From positions 2,528,001 to 2,592,000 of the forward strand of contig OY970192.1 in NCBI GenBank assembly GCA_963708135.1: a DNA stretch of 64,000 bases, read 5' to 3'. The stretch is from an uncultured Gemmatimonadales bacterium. Lineage in GTDB: Bacteria > Gemmatimonadota > Gemmatimonadetes > Longimicrobiales > RSA9. Positions within the stretch are counted from its first letter, which is position 1, and every line of letters begins with the position of its first letter. The notes beneath the pieces were generated by a model. The model was not told where the DNA came from. It saw nothing but the letters and a program-made list of their open reading frames with translations, and searched no databases. Below, piece by piece: positions 21,994 through 32,201 of this stretch. The position numbers and the translations under genes were made by a program.

Positions 21994-23130
21994 TCAGTCG
22001 GCGACGCCGCTCAGGGCGGCGCCGGGGGTGCCCGCGGTGCCGGCGGCGGCCACCGTGACCTCGATGAAGTGGCGGAGGACATGGAGGAAGTCCTGCGCGT
22101 TGGTGATGACGCCGAAGGCCTGGTGGGTGCCGCGGTCCTTGAGCTTGTTGACGACGAACTCGGAGGAGTCCACGGCGATGGTGGTGAGGGGGCGCAGCGT
22201 GCCGTCGGCATCCCGCGTGAAGGAGGGCAGCATGTTGCCGAAGCCGATGGAATGGAGCGCGGTAGCGATCATGACGGCGGCGGTGGCGCGCTCGGCGTGG
22301 TCGCGCATGAGCTCCTGCGCGCGGACGACGTCCGTGACGGTGTCGGGGAGCGGCCCGTCGTCGCGGATCGAGCCGGCGAGGACGAAGGGCACCTGCTGGG
22401 TGACGCAGGCGTGCATGATTCCCTCCGTCAGCAGTCCGCTCTCCACGGCGGCGGGGATGGAGCCGGCGGCGCGCACGCGGTTCAGGGCACGCATGTGGAA
22501 GGCGTGCCCGCCGGAGACGGGGCGCCCGCTGCGGTCCATGCCGAGCGTGGTGCCCATGAGCGCCTGCTCGATGTCGTGGACGCCCACGGCGTTTCCGCCG
22601 AGCAGTGCGTGGACGAAACCGTTGCGGATGAACCAGACGAAGGCGTCGCGGCCGCGGGAGTGGAGCACGGCAGGACCCACCACCCAGACGATGTGACCGC
22701 CGCGCTCGCGCTCGGCGAGCAGCAGGCCGGCCATGAGGGCGTAGTCGACCGGCTTCTCCCGGCTGACGTCGGAGCCCATGAAGTGGAACTCGCCCTCCGC
22801 CTGTTCCTCGATGAGGAAGCCGGTGGCATCGACGTAGATGCCCTGGCTCCCATCCTCGGCGAGCCCGACCGCGACGGGCTCGCCCTCGCGGACGTAGCGG
22901 CCCTCCAGGACGCGCGGGATCCCGTCCGGATCGAGGACGATCCCGCCATCCATGCGCGGGGTGCGCGGCAGCCGCCACTCCCCCGAGATCCGGACGTACG
23001 TCGGCAGGTTCGTGGTGGAGAAGAAGCCCTCGGGCAGCACGCCGTCGGCGGGCGCCGGGACGAAGCGGGCGTCGGGCGCGCCCGCCAGCTCGGGCAGCGA
23101 GAAGTCGGGTGCGCGGTAGGCGGAGCTCAT
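21994..23130 (-). CDS. TIGR00300/ArgZ(AgrE) C-terminal-like protein (putative ornithine cyclodeaminase)
   Basis: APADGVLPEGFFSTTNLPT, FHFMGSDVSREKP, GNAVGVHDIE, FVLAGSIRDDGPLP, KLKDRG. Confidence 0.75.
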   Translation of the reverse strand: MSSAYRAPDFSLPELAGAPDARFVPAPADGVLPEGFFSTTNLPTYVRISGEWRLPRTPRMDGGIVLDPDGIPRVLEGRYVREGEPVAVGLAEDGSQGIYVDATGFLIEEQAEGEFHFMGSDVSREKPVDYALMAGLLLAERERGGHIVWVVGPAVLHSRGRDAFVWFIRNGFVHALLGGNAVGVHDIEQALMGTTLGMDRSGRPVSGGHAFHMRALNRVRAAGSIPAAVESGLLTEGIMHACVTQQVPFVLAGSIRDDGPLPDTVTDVVRAQELMRDHAERATAAVMIATALHSIGFGNMLPSFTRDADGTLRPLTTIAVDSSEFVVNKLKDRGTHQAFGVITNAQDFLHVLRHFIEVTVAAAGTAGTPGAALSGVAD

Positions 23131-23136
23131 GACGGA

Positions 23137-23165
23137 AATCTACCGGGGCCCGGGGCCGCGCTCAA
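23137..23165 (-). promoter_or_regulatory. Sigma70-like promoter, probably leaderless
   Basis: TTGAGC-N17-TAGATT-N6-ATG. Confidence 0.6.
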
Positions 23166-24192
23166 GCGTGCCCACGGCCTGGCGCACGGCCACGAGGACC
23201 CGGCGCTCCGCCTCCTCCAGCGGCCCCGAGATGAGCGCGCCGGCCGCCTTGGTGTGCCCACCGCCGCCCAGCCCCCGCGCCACTGCGTTCACGTCCACGC
23301 CGCCGGTGGAGCGGAGCGAGACCTTCACGCCGCCGTCCGCCATCTCGCGCAGCAGGACGGCCACCTCGGCACCCTCGATGGTCCGGGCGTGCTCGATGAT
23401 GCCCTCCAGATCCTCCGAGGTCGTGCCGCACGCCTCCATCACCGCGTAGGGGATCGTGATCCAGGCGATCTTGAAGGCGTCGTCCACCGTGAGCCGGTCC
23501 AGCGCCGCGCGCAGCAGGTGCACCCGCTTGAGCGGCACCGAGCCGTACAGGTGCCGGTAGGCGGCCTCCGGATCCACGCCACGCGCGAGCAGATCGGCGG
23601 CCAGCGCGTGCGTCCGGGGCGTGGTGTTGGCGAAGCGGAAGGAGCCGGTGTCCGTCACGATCGCGGCGTAGAGCGCCTCCGGCACGCCCGGCGGGAACGC
23701 GGCCGTCCCCGCCGTGACCAGCAGGTCGTAGACGAGTTCGCCCGTCGCGCACGCGCTCGGGTCCTGCAGTGCGACGCGGGCGGGAATCGTGTTCTCGTGG
23801 CTCGGATGATGGTCCAGGAGCAGCACCGGCCGCTCGCCGATCTGCCCTGCCACCCGCCCGATACGCTTCGGCTCGCTCGTGTCCAGCACGAAGAAGAGGT
23901 CCACGTCCGCCACCGTCACGTTCAGCTCGGGCCCGGGCGCCGGCACCGCGACCCCCGAGTCGTCCGGCAACAGGTAGCGGAAGAGCGCCGGGAACGGCGT
24001 CGGATTCGCGATCACCACGCGCTTTCCGCGCGCCCGCAGCCAGAGGGCGACGGCGGCCTCGGAGCCCGCGCCGTCGCCGTCCGCGTTCACGTGCGTGGTC
24101 AGCGCCACGGCGCGCGCGGCGCCGAGCTCGCGGATGAGGCCGGCCAGGGCGGCCAGGCGGCTCTCCGGCACGTCCAGCGACAGCGCGCTCAT
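23140..24192 (-). CDS. nrnA: DHH/DHHA1 phosphoesterase (NrnA-like)
   Basis: HVNADGDG, LDHH, DTGSFRF, KVSLRS, GGGGH. Confidence 0.85.
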   Translation of the reverse strand: MSALSLDVPESRLAALAGLIRELGAARAVALTTHVNADGDGAGSEAAVALWLRARGKRVVIANPTPFPALFRYLLPDDSGVAVPAPGPELNVTVADVDLFFVLDTSEPKRIGRVAGQIGERPVLLLDHHPSHENTIPARVALQDPSACATGELVYDLLVTAGTAAFPPGVPEALYAAIVTDTGSFRFANTTPRTHALAADLLARGVDPEAAYRHLYGSVPLKRVHLLRAALDRLTVDDAFKIAWITIPYAVMEACGTTSEDLEGIIEHARTIEGAEVAVLLREMADGGVKVSLRSTGGVDVNAVARGLGGGGHTKAAGALISGPLEEAERRVLVAVRQAVGTLERGPGPR

Positions 24193-24869
24193 CGGCCCAG
24201 CAGCCCCTTGTGGAGCCGGGCGTAGGTGGAGGCGAGGTGCACGGTCCGCGAGGAGGAGGTCCCGCGCAGCCGGCCGTGGCGCAGCGCGTTCAGGAACCCC
24301 TCGGGCGTATCCTCGAAGGCGGGAACCTCGACGTACGTGCGGCCGACTTCAAACAGGGTGTGGGCATCCGAGCCGGCCCCCAGCGGCAGCCCGCGCTCGC
24401 GCCCCCACTCGACCGCGCGACGGTTCAGCGACGGGTCGTGGATCCGCCCGTTGAACCCCTCCACTGCGTCCACGTGCTTCTCGATCACCGGCAGGAGCTT
24501 CCCACCGCCGCCCTTCCCCCCGGCAAACGGGTGCGGCACGTAGACGATGCCCCCCTGCGCGTGGATCCGCTCGCACGTTTCCCGCGCCGGCGTCCCCTTC
24601 GGGATGCGCTCGCGCAGGTAGAGCCCGATGACGTCCACCCGCTCCGCCGTCTTCACCTCCTCCCCGACGATCACGCGGTCGGGGTGGCGGGCCTTGAGCT
24701 CCAGCGCGGCGTCGATCTCGTTGTGGTCCGTCACGCACACCCGGCCGATCCCCCGCCGCTCCGCCGCCTCGAGCACCGCCTCGGGCTCGTTCAGCGAATC
24801 GGCCGAGAGCCGCGTGTGCAGGTGCATGTCTACCCGGACGCGCCCGGCCGCCCCGTGATTTGCTTCCAT
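24189..24869 (-). CDS. PHP-domain phosphoesterase
   Basis: DMHLHT, VTDHN, GEEV, PHPF, GSDAH. Confidence 0.88.
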   Translation of the reverse strand: MEANHGAAGRVRVDMHLHTRLSADSLNEPEAVLEAAERRGIGRVCVTDHNEIDAALELKARHPDRVIVGEEVKTAERVDVIGLYLRERIPKGTPARETCERIHAQGGIVYVPHPFAGGKGGGGKLLPVIEKHVDAVEGFNGRIHDPSLNRRAVEWGRERGLPLGAGSDAHTLFEVGRTYVEVPAFEDTPEGFLNALRHGRLRGTSSSRTVHLASTYARLHKGLLGR

Positions 24870-25441
24870 GCCTCCTCCGCCCGTGCCTCCAGCGCGTCCA
24901 GCGCGCCATCGTTGTCGATCAGGATGTCCGCCCGCGCGCGCTTCGCGGCGGCAGGCATCTGCGCGGCGATCAGCCGGCGCGCCTCGTCCTCGGAGAGGCC
25001 GCGCTCGCGCACCAGCCGCTTCAGCCGCACCGCCTCCGGAGCGTCAACCAGCACGACGACGTCGAAGTCTTCCTGCGCGCCGATCTCGAAGAGCAGCGGG
25101 ATGTCCTCGACCGCGAGCGGCACCCCCGCCCGTGCGAGCGCCGCCTCTTCCTCCACGCGCGCCTCCGCCACGGCGGGATGGACGATCGCCTCCAGGCGCC
25201 GCCGCGCCCCGGCGTCGGAGAACACCATCCGCCGCAGCGCGGCCCGGTCCAGGCGTCCGAGGGCGTCCAGCACCTCGGGCCCGAAGCCGCGCACGATCGC
25301 GGCCAGGCCGGGCGTGCCCGGCTCCACCACCCGCCGCGCCAGCACATCCGCGTCGATGACGCGGGCGCCCAACCGGCGCCAGACCTCCGCCACCGTCGAC
25401 TTGCCGCTGGCGATGTTGCCCGTCAGCGCGACCCGGAGCAC
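24830..25441 (-). CDS. coaE: Dephospho-CoA kinase
   Basis: LTGNIASGKST, IDAD, IVHP, DIPLLFE. Confidence 0.95.
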   Translation of the reverse strand: MLRVALTGNIASGKSTVAEVWRRLGARVIDADVLARRVVEPGTPGLAAIVRGFGPEVLDALGRLDRAALRRMVFSDAGARRRLEAIVHPAVAEARVEEEAALARAGVPLAVEDIPLLFEIGAQEDFDVVVLVDAPEAVRLKRLVRERGLSEDEARRLIAAQMPAAAKRARADILIDNDGALDALEARAEEAWKQITGRPGASG

Positions 25442-25447
25442 GGCCCG

Positions 25448-25852
25448 TCAGTACGCCCCCGGGACGGGGATCCCGGCCTTGATGTCGTCCTCCGTGCCCC
25501 GCTTTCCGTCCGGCCCCATTGACACGACGAACACCGAGTCCTCGCGCACCAGCAGCTGGTAGGCCCGGTGCCACGGGTCCAGGTACGCGTTCGGGTCCGC
25601 CACCCACGTCTTGACCCAGGCCGGGAACTCCTCCGGTTTGGGGTTCTCCGTGCCGCCCCGCCGTACGTCCCGCAGCCGCTGGAGCAGCATCTCCTCCCGC
25701 CGCTCGGCCAGGTTCACCCGGATCGGGTTCAGCACCCGATCGAGGTAGGGACCGAGAGTCGGCCCGAGCGTGGCCGCCGCCCGCGACCGGAGGGCGGGCA
25801 CCGACGTCGTCGCGCCAATGGCGATCACCACCAGGAAGACGATCTTCTTCAT
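25448..25852 (-). CDS. Membrane-anchored protein with GspG-like C-terminal motif
   Basis: N-terminal hydrophobic segment; DPWHRAY...SMGPDGKRGTEDDI. Confidence 0.65.
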   Translation of the reverse strand: MKKIVFLVVIAIGATTSVPALRSRAAATLGPTLGPYLDRVLNPIRVNLAERREEMLLQRLRDVRRGGTENPKPEEFPAWVKTWVADPNAYLDPWHRAYQLLVREDSVFVVSMGPDGKRGTEDDIKAGIPVPGAY

Positions 25853-25865
25853 GGGCTGACTCCCT

Positions 25866-26135
25866 TCACTGCGCGTCCCTCCCCATCCGCACCACCCACT
25901 TCAGGTACCGCTCCACCTCCGCCGGCGTGGGCTCGCGCTCCTCGCCGAACGCGGTGTGCAGCCGCCAATCCAGGTATGCCGCCGGCGGCAGGGGCAGGAA
26001 TGGCGCGCGCCGCCACCAGCCCCGCGCGCGGAAGCGCCACCCGGCGCGGCCCGCCCGTACGAGCGCACGCGGCCGGAGCAGCAGGCGCGGGGCCAGCCGC
26101 CGGACCAGTCGCCAGCGAGACGCGCTTCGGTTCAC
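25866..26135 (-). CDS. Small hypothetical protein
   Basis: WWRRAPFLPLPPAAYLDWRLHTAFG; promoter-like element upstream. Confidence 0.65.
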   Translation of the reverse strand: MNRSASRWRLVRRLAPRLLLRPRALVRAGRAGWRFRARGWWRRAPFLPLPPAAYLDWRLHTAFGEEREPTPAEVERYLKWVVRMGRDAQ

Positions 26136-26165
26136 CGTTCGGGAGCGCTCCAGGGAGGACCCTTC

Positions 26166-26258
26166 AATCTAACCCGCTCCCGGCCCCCCTGTAAACGGAT
26201 TTCCCCATCTACGTGTCCGTGCCCGGGGTTGGCAGCCCGCTCACCCGCCGGGTATAAT
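26166..26258. promoter_or_regulatory. Divergent sigma70-like promoters
   Basis: Minus strand TTTACA-N18-TAGATT (26195-26166); plus strand TTGGCA-N18-TATAAT (26229-26258). Confidence 0.6.
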
Positions 26259-26296
26259 ACCAGGGCCGTTCCTCACTCTCATGCGAGCAGGGGCCC

Positions 26297-28432
26297 ATGG
26301 CGACGAAAGCGAAGAATGCCCGCCCGGGCAAACGCCACGGCGGGCTGGATGGCGAGACCCTCCTGCGGCTCTACCGCATCATGTTCGAGAGCCGCCGCAC
26401 CGATGACCAGGAGATCCTGCTCAAGCGGCAGAACAAGATCTTCTTTCAGATCTCCGGAGCCGGGCACGAGGGCATCCAGGTCGCCGTCGCGGAGCACCTC
26501 CGGCCCGGCCGCGACTGGTTCTACCTCTACTATCGGGATCGCGCGCTGGCGCTCGCGCTCGGCCTGACCACCTACGAGCAGCTGCTCGAGGCGGTCGGCG
26601 CCGAGACCTGTCCGGCCAGCGGCGGCCGCCAGATGCCGGCCCACTGGGGGAAGCGCTCCATCCGGCTCACCAGCACCTCCTCGCCCACGGGCACGCAGTT
26701 CCTGCAGTCCGTCGGCTGCGCCGAGGCCGGCTGGCGCGCCTCCCTCGTCGACGAGATGCGCGCCGCCATCGAGGACTTCGACGATGACGAGGTCGTGCTC
26801 TGCACGACCGGAGAGGGCCAGACCGCCGAAGGCGAGTTCTGGGAGGCGCTCAACAGCGCCTGCAACCTGAGGCTCCCCGTCGTCTTCCTCATCGAGGACA
26901 ACGGCTATGCCATCTCCGTCCCGAAGGAGGTCGGCATCGCAGGGGGCAGCGTGAGCAAGCTGGCCAGCGGCTTCCCGGACCTCCGCATCGAGGAGGTGGA
27001 TGGCTGCGATGTGCTGGCCAGCTACGCGGCGGCCGGCCGCGCCGTACGCTACGCCCGGGAGCGAAAGGGTCCCGCGCTCATCCACGCTCACGTCGTCCGA
27101 CCCTACTCCCACTCGATGTCCGACGACGAGCGCGCCTACAAGCCCGAGGAGGAGCGTCAGGCCGAGGCCGGACGCGACCCCATCGCCGTGCTGCGCGCCT
27201 TCCTGATCGACGAGGGCATCGCCGATGCGGAGGCCCTCGATGCGCTCGAGCAGGAGGTCCTCGCCTCGGTCAAGGCGGCCTCCGACCGGGCCGTCGAGCA
27301 GCCCCAGCCGCCCAGGGACTCCGCGCTCCGCTTCCTCTACTCCGACGACGCGGATCCGACCGACCGCGAGGCGTTCGACACGGAGGACGATCCGCACTGG
27401 CAGGGGGAGGCGACCACCATGGTGGACCTCCTCAACGCGTGCCTCCGCGACGAGATGACCCGCGACCCGCGCGTCGTCCTGTTCGGCGAGGACGTCGCCG
27501 ATGTCTCCCGCGAGCAGTACCTCGAGGAGGTGAAGGGGAAGGGCGGCGTCTTCAAGGTCACCTACGGCCTGCAGCGCCGCTTCGGCTCAGCCCGCGTCTT
27601 CAATTCCCCGCTCGCCGAGGCCAACATCGTCGGTCGCGCCATCGGCATGGCGACGCGCGGCCTCAAGCCCGTGGCCGAGATCCAGTTCTTCGACTACATC
27701 TGGCCGGCCATGATGCAGATCCGCAACGAGATGGCCACCATGCGCTACCGCTCCGGCGGCACCTGGGCGGCACCCGTCGTCATCCGCGTCACCTACGGCG
27801 GCTACCTGAAGGGCGGCGCGATTTACCACTCCCAGACGGGAGAGACGCTCTTCACCCATACGCCCGGGCTGCGCGTGATCATGCCCTCAACCGCCGTGGA
27901 TGCGAACGGCCTGCTGCGCACCGCCATCCGCTGCGGCGATCCGGTCATGTTCCTCGAGCACAAGCACCTCTACCGACAGGTCTACAACAAGGGCCGCGAC
28001 CCCGGCCCCGACTTCATGATCCCCTTCGGCAAGGCGAAGCTCGTCCGGGAGGGGACGGACCTCACCATCGTGACCTGCGGCGCGCTCGTGAAGCGCTCGC
28101 TCGATGCCGCCCAGATGGCAGCCGACCGCCACGGCATTAGCGCCGAGGTGATCGACCTGCGCTCGCTGAGCCCGCTCGACATGGACACGATCCGCGCCTC
28201 CGTCAAGAAGACGAGCAAGGTCATCGTCGCCCACGAGGACGCGCTCTCGTGGGGCATCGGCGCCGAGATCTCGGCGCGCATCGCGGACGAGCTCTTCGAG
28301 TGGCTGGACGGCCCCGTCCGCCGCGTCGCCTCCCTCGACACCTGGGTGGCCTACGCGCCCCAGCTCGAGGAGGAGATCCTCCCCAACGCCGACGACGTGC
28401 TCGCCGCCATCGAGGAGCTTTACCGCTACTGA
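26297..28432 (+). CDS. Fused 2-oxoacid dehydrogenase E1 alpha/beta (branched-chain type likely)
   Basis: [50 protein letters not shown]. Confidence 0.92.
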   Translation: MATKAKNARPGKRHGGLDGETLLRLYRIMFESRRTDDQEILLKRQNKIFFQISGAGHEGIQVAVAEHLRPGRDWFYLYYRDRALALALGLTTYEQLLEAVGAETCPASGGRQMPAHWGKRSIRLTSTSSPTGTQFLQSVGCAEAGWRASLVDEMRAAIEDFDDDEVVLCTTGEGQTAEGEFWEALNSACNLRLPVVFLIEDNGYAISVPKEVGIAGGSVSKLASGFPDLRIEEVDGCDVLASYAAAGRAVRYARERKGPALIHAHVVRPYSHSMSDDERAYKPEEERQAEAGRDPIAVLRAFLIDEGIADAEALDALEQEVLASVKAASDRAVEQPQPPRDSALRFLYSDDADPTDREAFDTEDDPHWQGEATTMVDLLNACLRDEMTRDPRVVLFGEDVADVSREQYLEEVKGKGGVFKVTYGLQRRFGSARVFNSPLAEANIVGRAIGMATRGLKPVAEIQFFDYIWPAMMQIRNEMATMRYRSGGTWAAPVVIRVTYGGYLKGGAIYHSQTGETLFTHTPGLRVIMPSTAVDANGLLRTAIRCGDPVMFLEHKHLYRQVYNKGRDPGPDFMIPFGKAKLVREGTDLTIVTCGALVKRSLDAAQMAADRHGISAEVIDLRSLSPLDMDTIRASVKKTSKVIVAHEDALSWGIGAEISARIADELFEWLDGPVRRVASLDTWVAYAPQLEEEILPNADDVLAAIEELYRY

Positions 28433-28461
28433 GCGGGCGTGGGATACCGGTCGGCGCGGGA

Positions 28462-29046
28462 TCAGGCAGGCCTTTCCCGCTCCCCCGGCGCGTAGCCGGA
28501 CGGCAGCACGACGTGTTTCGTCAGCGTGCCCGCCGCCTCGAACCCCGCCGCCTCGTAGGTGGGGATCGCGCGCGGATGGTCCAGCGTGCAGGTGTTTACC
28601 GTGACGAGCGCGGGCTCCGTCCGCCACGCCCGCCGCAGCGCCTCGCCAAGGAACCAGCGGCCGAGTCCCTGCCCAATGTGGCCGGGGACGAGCCCGAAGT
28701 AGGCGAGCTCCACGCGCCGCGGCTCCCTCCGGTCCAGCTCGGCGTAACCGGCCACCCGACCCGCCACATACAGCACGTGCACCTCCACCAGCGGATCGGC
28801 CAGGATCGCCGCCAGCTCGGCGTCGGAGAGGCGAGTCCTCTCGTACCACGACCAGCGCCGCCCCACCGCCTCGTAGAGGAACCGGTAGAAGGCGACGCCG
28901 GGTCGTACCACATGTTCCACCGCGACATCCTCGCGCGCCGCCTCCGCCGGCGCGCCACCTTCCGGCGGAGACCGCATCTCCAGGAAGGTGACCGTCACCT
29001 CGGTGGGCGTGCCTGCCCCCGCCCCGGGCGCCGCCTCGCGGCTCAC
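28462..29046 (-). CDS. GNAT N-acetyltransferase
   Basis: YFGLVPGHIGQGLG, TCTLDHPRAIPTYEAAGF. GTG overlaps the upstream stop. Confidence 0.85.
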   Translation of the reverse strand: MSREAAPGAGAGTPTEVTVTFLEMRSPPEGGAPAEAAREDVAVEHVVRPGVAFYRFLYEAVGRRWSWYERTRLSDAELAAILADPLVEVHVLYVAGRVAGYAELDRREPRRVELAYFGLVPGHIGQGLGRWFLGEALRRAWRTEPALVTVNTCTLDHPRAIPTYEAAGFEAAGTLTKHVVLPSGYAPGERERPA

Positions 29047-30311
29047 GCCTCCTCCGCGATCATCGCCACAAGGCGGTCGATCTCTTCGGGCGAGTTGTAG
29101 ATGTGCGGCGAGAGCCGCATCCAGCCGTAGTCGTACTCGCCGATCACGCGCGTCCGTACGTTCGCCTTCTCCGCCAGCCGCTTCTGCAGCTCCAGGGAGG
29201 GCACGCGCTCCAGCTTGAAGGCCACCATCCCGGCCACCAGCTCGCGCCGCGTCGGCGAGACCACGTGGACACCCGGCAGCGCACGCAGCGCGCCGTCCAG
29301 GCGGCTCCGCAGCCAGCGGCCGCGCGCCTCGATACGGTCGATTCCGATCGCCTCCTGGAACGCCAGCGCCGCGAAGAGCCCTGCCATCCGCGACTCGTCG
29401 AAGGTGCCCAGGTGGTTGAATCGCTGCGCGCCCAGCTTCGTGTCGTCCCAGCCGCCGGACGCCAGCGTCGGCCACAGCTTCGTGCGCCACGGCTCGCGCA
29501 TGTAGAGGAAGCCCGTACCCTGCGGCGCGAGCAGCCACTTATGCGGCGAGGAGGCGTAGAAATCGGCGTCCAGCGCGCGCAGATCCACCCGCATCATCCC
29601 CGGGGGATGGGCGCCGTCTACCACGGCCACGAGCCCGTGCTCGCGGGCCAGCGCGACCAGCTCCCGAACCGGCATGAGCAGACCGGTCGTGAACGTCACG
29701 TGCGAGAAGGAGAGCACCCGGGTCCGGGGCGTGATCGCACGCCGGAAGATATCCACGACCTGCCCGCCATCTTGCGGCGGCACGGGAAGCGACAGCTGCC
29801 GGAGCGTCAGGTGCCGCCGCGCCGCGGCGAGCTGCCAGCAGCACAGCCCTCCGATGTGCTCGTGGTCCGTGGTCAGGATCTCGTCCCCGGCCGAGAGATC
29901 CAGCCCGTTCGCGACGAAGTTCATCCCCTCGGTCGTGTTGCGCGGGAAGACGAACCCCTCGGCATCGCCGTTCACGAACCGGCCCAGCCGCCCCTTCAAG
30001 GCGTCCCAGTCCACGCCCGGAGGATAGGTCATTGCCACCCGCCGCATGTCCTCTACCGCCGCATCCAGCACCACCCGCGGCTGCGGGCCCAGCGTGCCCA
30101 CGTTGATGTAGAGTCGATCGTCCGGAATCAGGAACGCCTCCCGCACGACGCGCCAGAGATCCTCGCCCGCCTCCGGCCCCCGCCAACCTCCGCCGCCTGC
30201 GCGCCCGAGCCCGGCCTCCAGCGCCTCGAGCGCCCTCGGCCACGCGAGCGTAGCCGCCCCCGCCCCGAGCCCCAGCCGCCTCAGAAACTCCCGCCGATCA
30301 CGTCCCGCCAT
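29043..30311 (-). CDS. Class V aminotransferase (isopenicillin N epimerase-like) with Tat signal
   Basis: DRREFL, RNTTEG, DHEH, DGAH, SPHKWLLAPQGTG. Confidence 0.88.
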   Translation of the reverse strand: MAGRDRREFLRRLGLGAGAATLAWPRALEALEAGLGRAGGGGWRGPEAGEDLWRVVREAFLIPDDRLYINVGTLGPQPRVVLDAAVEDMRRVAMTYPPGVDWDALKGRLGRFVNGDAEGFVFPRNTTEGMNFVANGLDLSAGDEILTTDHEHIGGLCCWQLAAARRHLTLRQLSLPVPPQDGGQVVDIFRRAITPRTRVLSFSHVTFTTGLLMPVRELVALAREHGLVAVVDGAHPPGMMRVDLRALDADFYASSPHKWLLAPQGTGFLYMREPWRTKLWPTLASGGWDDTKLGAQRFNHLGTFDESRMAGLFAALAFQEAIGIDRIEARGRWLRSRLDGALRALPGVHVVSPTRRELVAGMVAFKLERVPSLELQKRLAEKANVRTRVIGEYDYGWMRLSPHIYNSPEEIDRLVAMIAEEA

Positions 30312-30342
30312 CAGCCCTCCAGCAGCCAGCGTCCATCCTGCC

Positions 30343-30386
30343 CCCGAGCTCCGAGCCCCGAACCCCGATCCCCGACCCTCGAGCTC
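30343..30386 (+). repeat. Degenerate heptamer tandem repeat
   Basis: CCCGAGC TCCGAGC CCCGAAC CCCGATC CCCGACC CTCGAGC; related units near 11781. Confidence 0.6.
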
Positions 30387-30456
30387 CTGGCGTCCCGCAT
30401 CCCCGATGATGCTCCCCCCTCGCGGATCCCCGCAACCCGCCTATCTTTCGCCCGCC

Positions 30457-31551
30457 ATGGCATCCACCATCCGGTTCCTGCGCCAGTACCTCCGCCCCCG
30501 CCCCGAGGCGGTGCGCGCCGAGGCTGCGGAGTACGTCCGCGATCGACGGCGGCTTCCCGCGGACGTGTACCGCCCCGCCCGCCGCTCCGGGCGCCTCCCG
30601 GCCTGGGTGCTGCTCCACGGCCTCACCTGGTCGGGACGGGAGCACCCCTCGCTCGTGCCCTTCGCGCGCGCCGTCGCGGCCAGCGGCGCCGTCGTCTGCG
30701 TGCCGGACATCCCGGAGTGGCGCGACCTGCGCGTGGCTCCCGCCGTGACCGGCCCCTCCATCGCCGCGGCGGCCGACGTCCTCGCGGCGCGCGGCGATGT
30801 GGACGCGGAGCGCATCGGCGTGATCGGCTTCTCCTTCGGCGCGACCCAGGCGCTCGTGGCCGCCGCCGAGCCGGCGCTCGCGGCGAGGATCAGCGGCATT
30901 GCCGCCTGGGGCGGCTATGCGGACGTCCACAGCCTGTTCCACTTCGGGATTACGGGGGAGTACGAGCTGGACGGCCGCCATTACCACGCGGACCCCGACC
31001 CGTACGGCGGCTGGGTCATGGGCTCCAACTACCTTCCGGCCGTGCCAGGCGTGGACTCCGCCGCTCCGCTCGCCGACGCGCTTCGCCAGCTCGCCGTGGC
31101 CGCCGGGAAGGCGGGCATCTACGCGGCCGACGCCTCCTTCGATCCGCTGAAGCTGCGGCTGCGCGAGGAGATCCCGCCTGAGGGTCGGCCGCTCCTCGAC
31201 CTCTTCGCGCCACGCGCCGGCGACAGGGTCAACAGGGACCGGGCGGGCGAGATCGCGCGCGAGCTCGCCGACGCCGCCATCCGCGTGGACCCGATGTTCG
31301 ATCCGACCCCCGCCCTGCCACACGTCACGACGCGCACCTTTCTGGCCCATGGCCGCGACGACCGCCTGGTTCCCTTCACCGAGAGCTACCGGCTCCACCG
31401 GCGGCTCCCACCCGGGATCTCGCGCGGGGTGACCGTCACTTCGCTTTTCGCCCACTCCGGCGGGACCCTCGAGGACCTCGGCCCCCTCGGGATCCTGCGC
31501 GAGGGCGCCCGCTTCGTGCGCCTGCTCAACGGAATTCTGGACCTCGTTTGA
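30457..31551 (+). CDS. Alpha/beta hydrolase fold protein
   Basis: LLHG, GFSFG nucleophile elbow, HGRDD. Confidence 0.75.
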   Translation: MASTIRFLRQYLRPRPEAVRAEAAEYVRDRRRLPADVYRPARRSGRLPAWVLLHGLTWSGREHPSLVPFARAVAASGAVVCVPDIPEWRDLRVAPAVTGPSIAAAADVLAARGDVDAERIGVIGFSFGATQALVAAAEPALAARISGIAAWGGYADVHSLFHFGITGEYELDGRHYHADPDPYGGWVMGSNYLPAVPGVDSAAPLADALRQLAVAAGKAGIYAADASFDPLKLRLREEIPPEGRPLLDLFAPRAGDRVNRDRAGEIARELADAAIRVDPMFDPTPALPHVTTRTFLAHGRDDRLVPFTESYRLHRRLPPGISRGVTVTSLFAHSGGTLEDLGPLGILREGARFVRLLNGILDLV

Positions 31552-31688
31552 GCCCCGCCCTATCTTGGACGTTACTCCTCGGTGAAACCACGCCCAGGGT
31601 TCTTGGGTACAGAAGCTCGACGCCGGACCGCACCGCTCCCGGAGCGGCGGCTCATCGCCATCAACGTCAACCAGTGCTGGAGCTGTCG

Positions 31689-32201
31689 ATGGATTCTTCG
31701 GCGATCCCCGTCTTCCGCGCCGGTCCGTATCCGGTGCTGCACACGGCTCGCGTGGACGTCCTGCAGTCGGAAGTGGAGCTGGACGTCGCCCTGCTGATCA
31801 AGGGGCTGCCCACGCTGCTCGCCTCGACCGCGTTTCCACTTGACGATACCTGGGAGCGGGTGGAGGCTGCGCTGGAGAGCGGGGATGCGCGGCTCGGCGT
31901 CGCGGGAATGCCCCACGTCACCGAGTCGCTGCACGGGCTGCGCGAGACCTTCCCCTCCGCCTATGTCGGACTGGAATGCGCCAACGGCGAGCGCCTGGTG
32001 CTCGCGCACATCCGCGGTGGTGATGCCGGCCAGGACTCCGAGGCTTACGCGCTGGGCGTGATCGAGGCGATTCTGGACGGCAAGACGCCCGAGGATCTCG
32101 GCGAGCCGGTCGAGGACGAGCTCTTCGACCCGCCAGGCGAGGGCTTCGACGAGTACGATGAGGAGGACGAGCTGGACGAGCTGGATGAGCTGGACGACTA
32201 G
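31689..32201 (+). CDS. Hypothetical protein with acidic C-terminus
   Basis: GGAG SD before MDSSAIPVF; D/E-rich tail. Confidence 0.65.
   Translation: MDSSAIPVFRAGPYPVLHTARVDVLQSEVELDVALLIKGLPTLLASTAFPLDDTWERVEAALESGDARLGVAGMPHVTESLHGLRETFPSAYVGLECANGERLVLAHIRGGDAGQDSEAYALGVIEAILDGKTPEDLGEPVEDELFDPPGEGFDEYDEEDELDELDELDD

Noticed and set aside
24830..24869. 40-bp coaE/PHP overlap as a misannotation
   Set aside because: The PHP DxHxH motif needs a start upstream of the next ATG, so this is an ordinary overlap.
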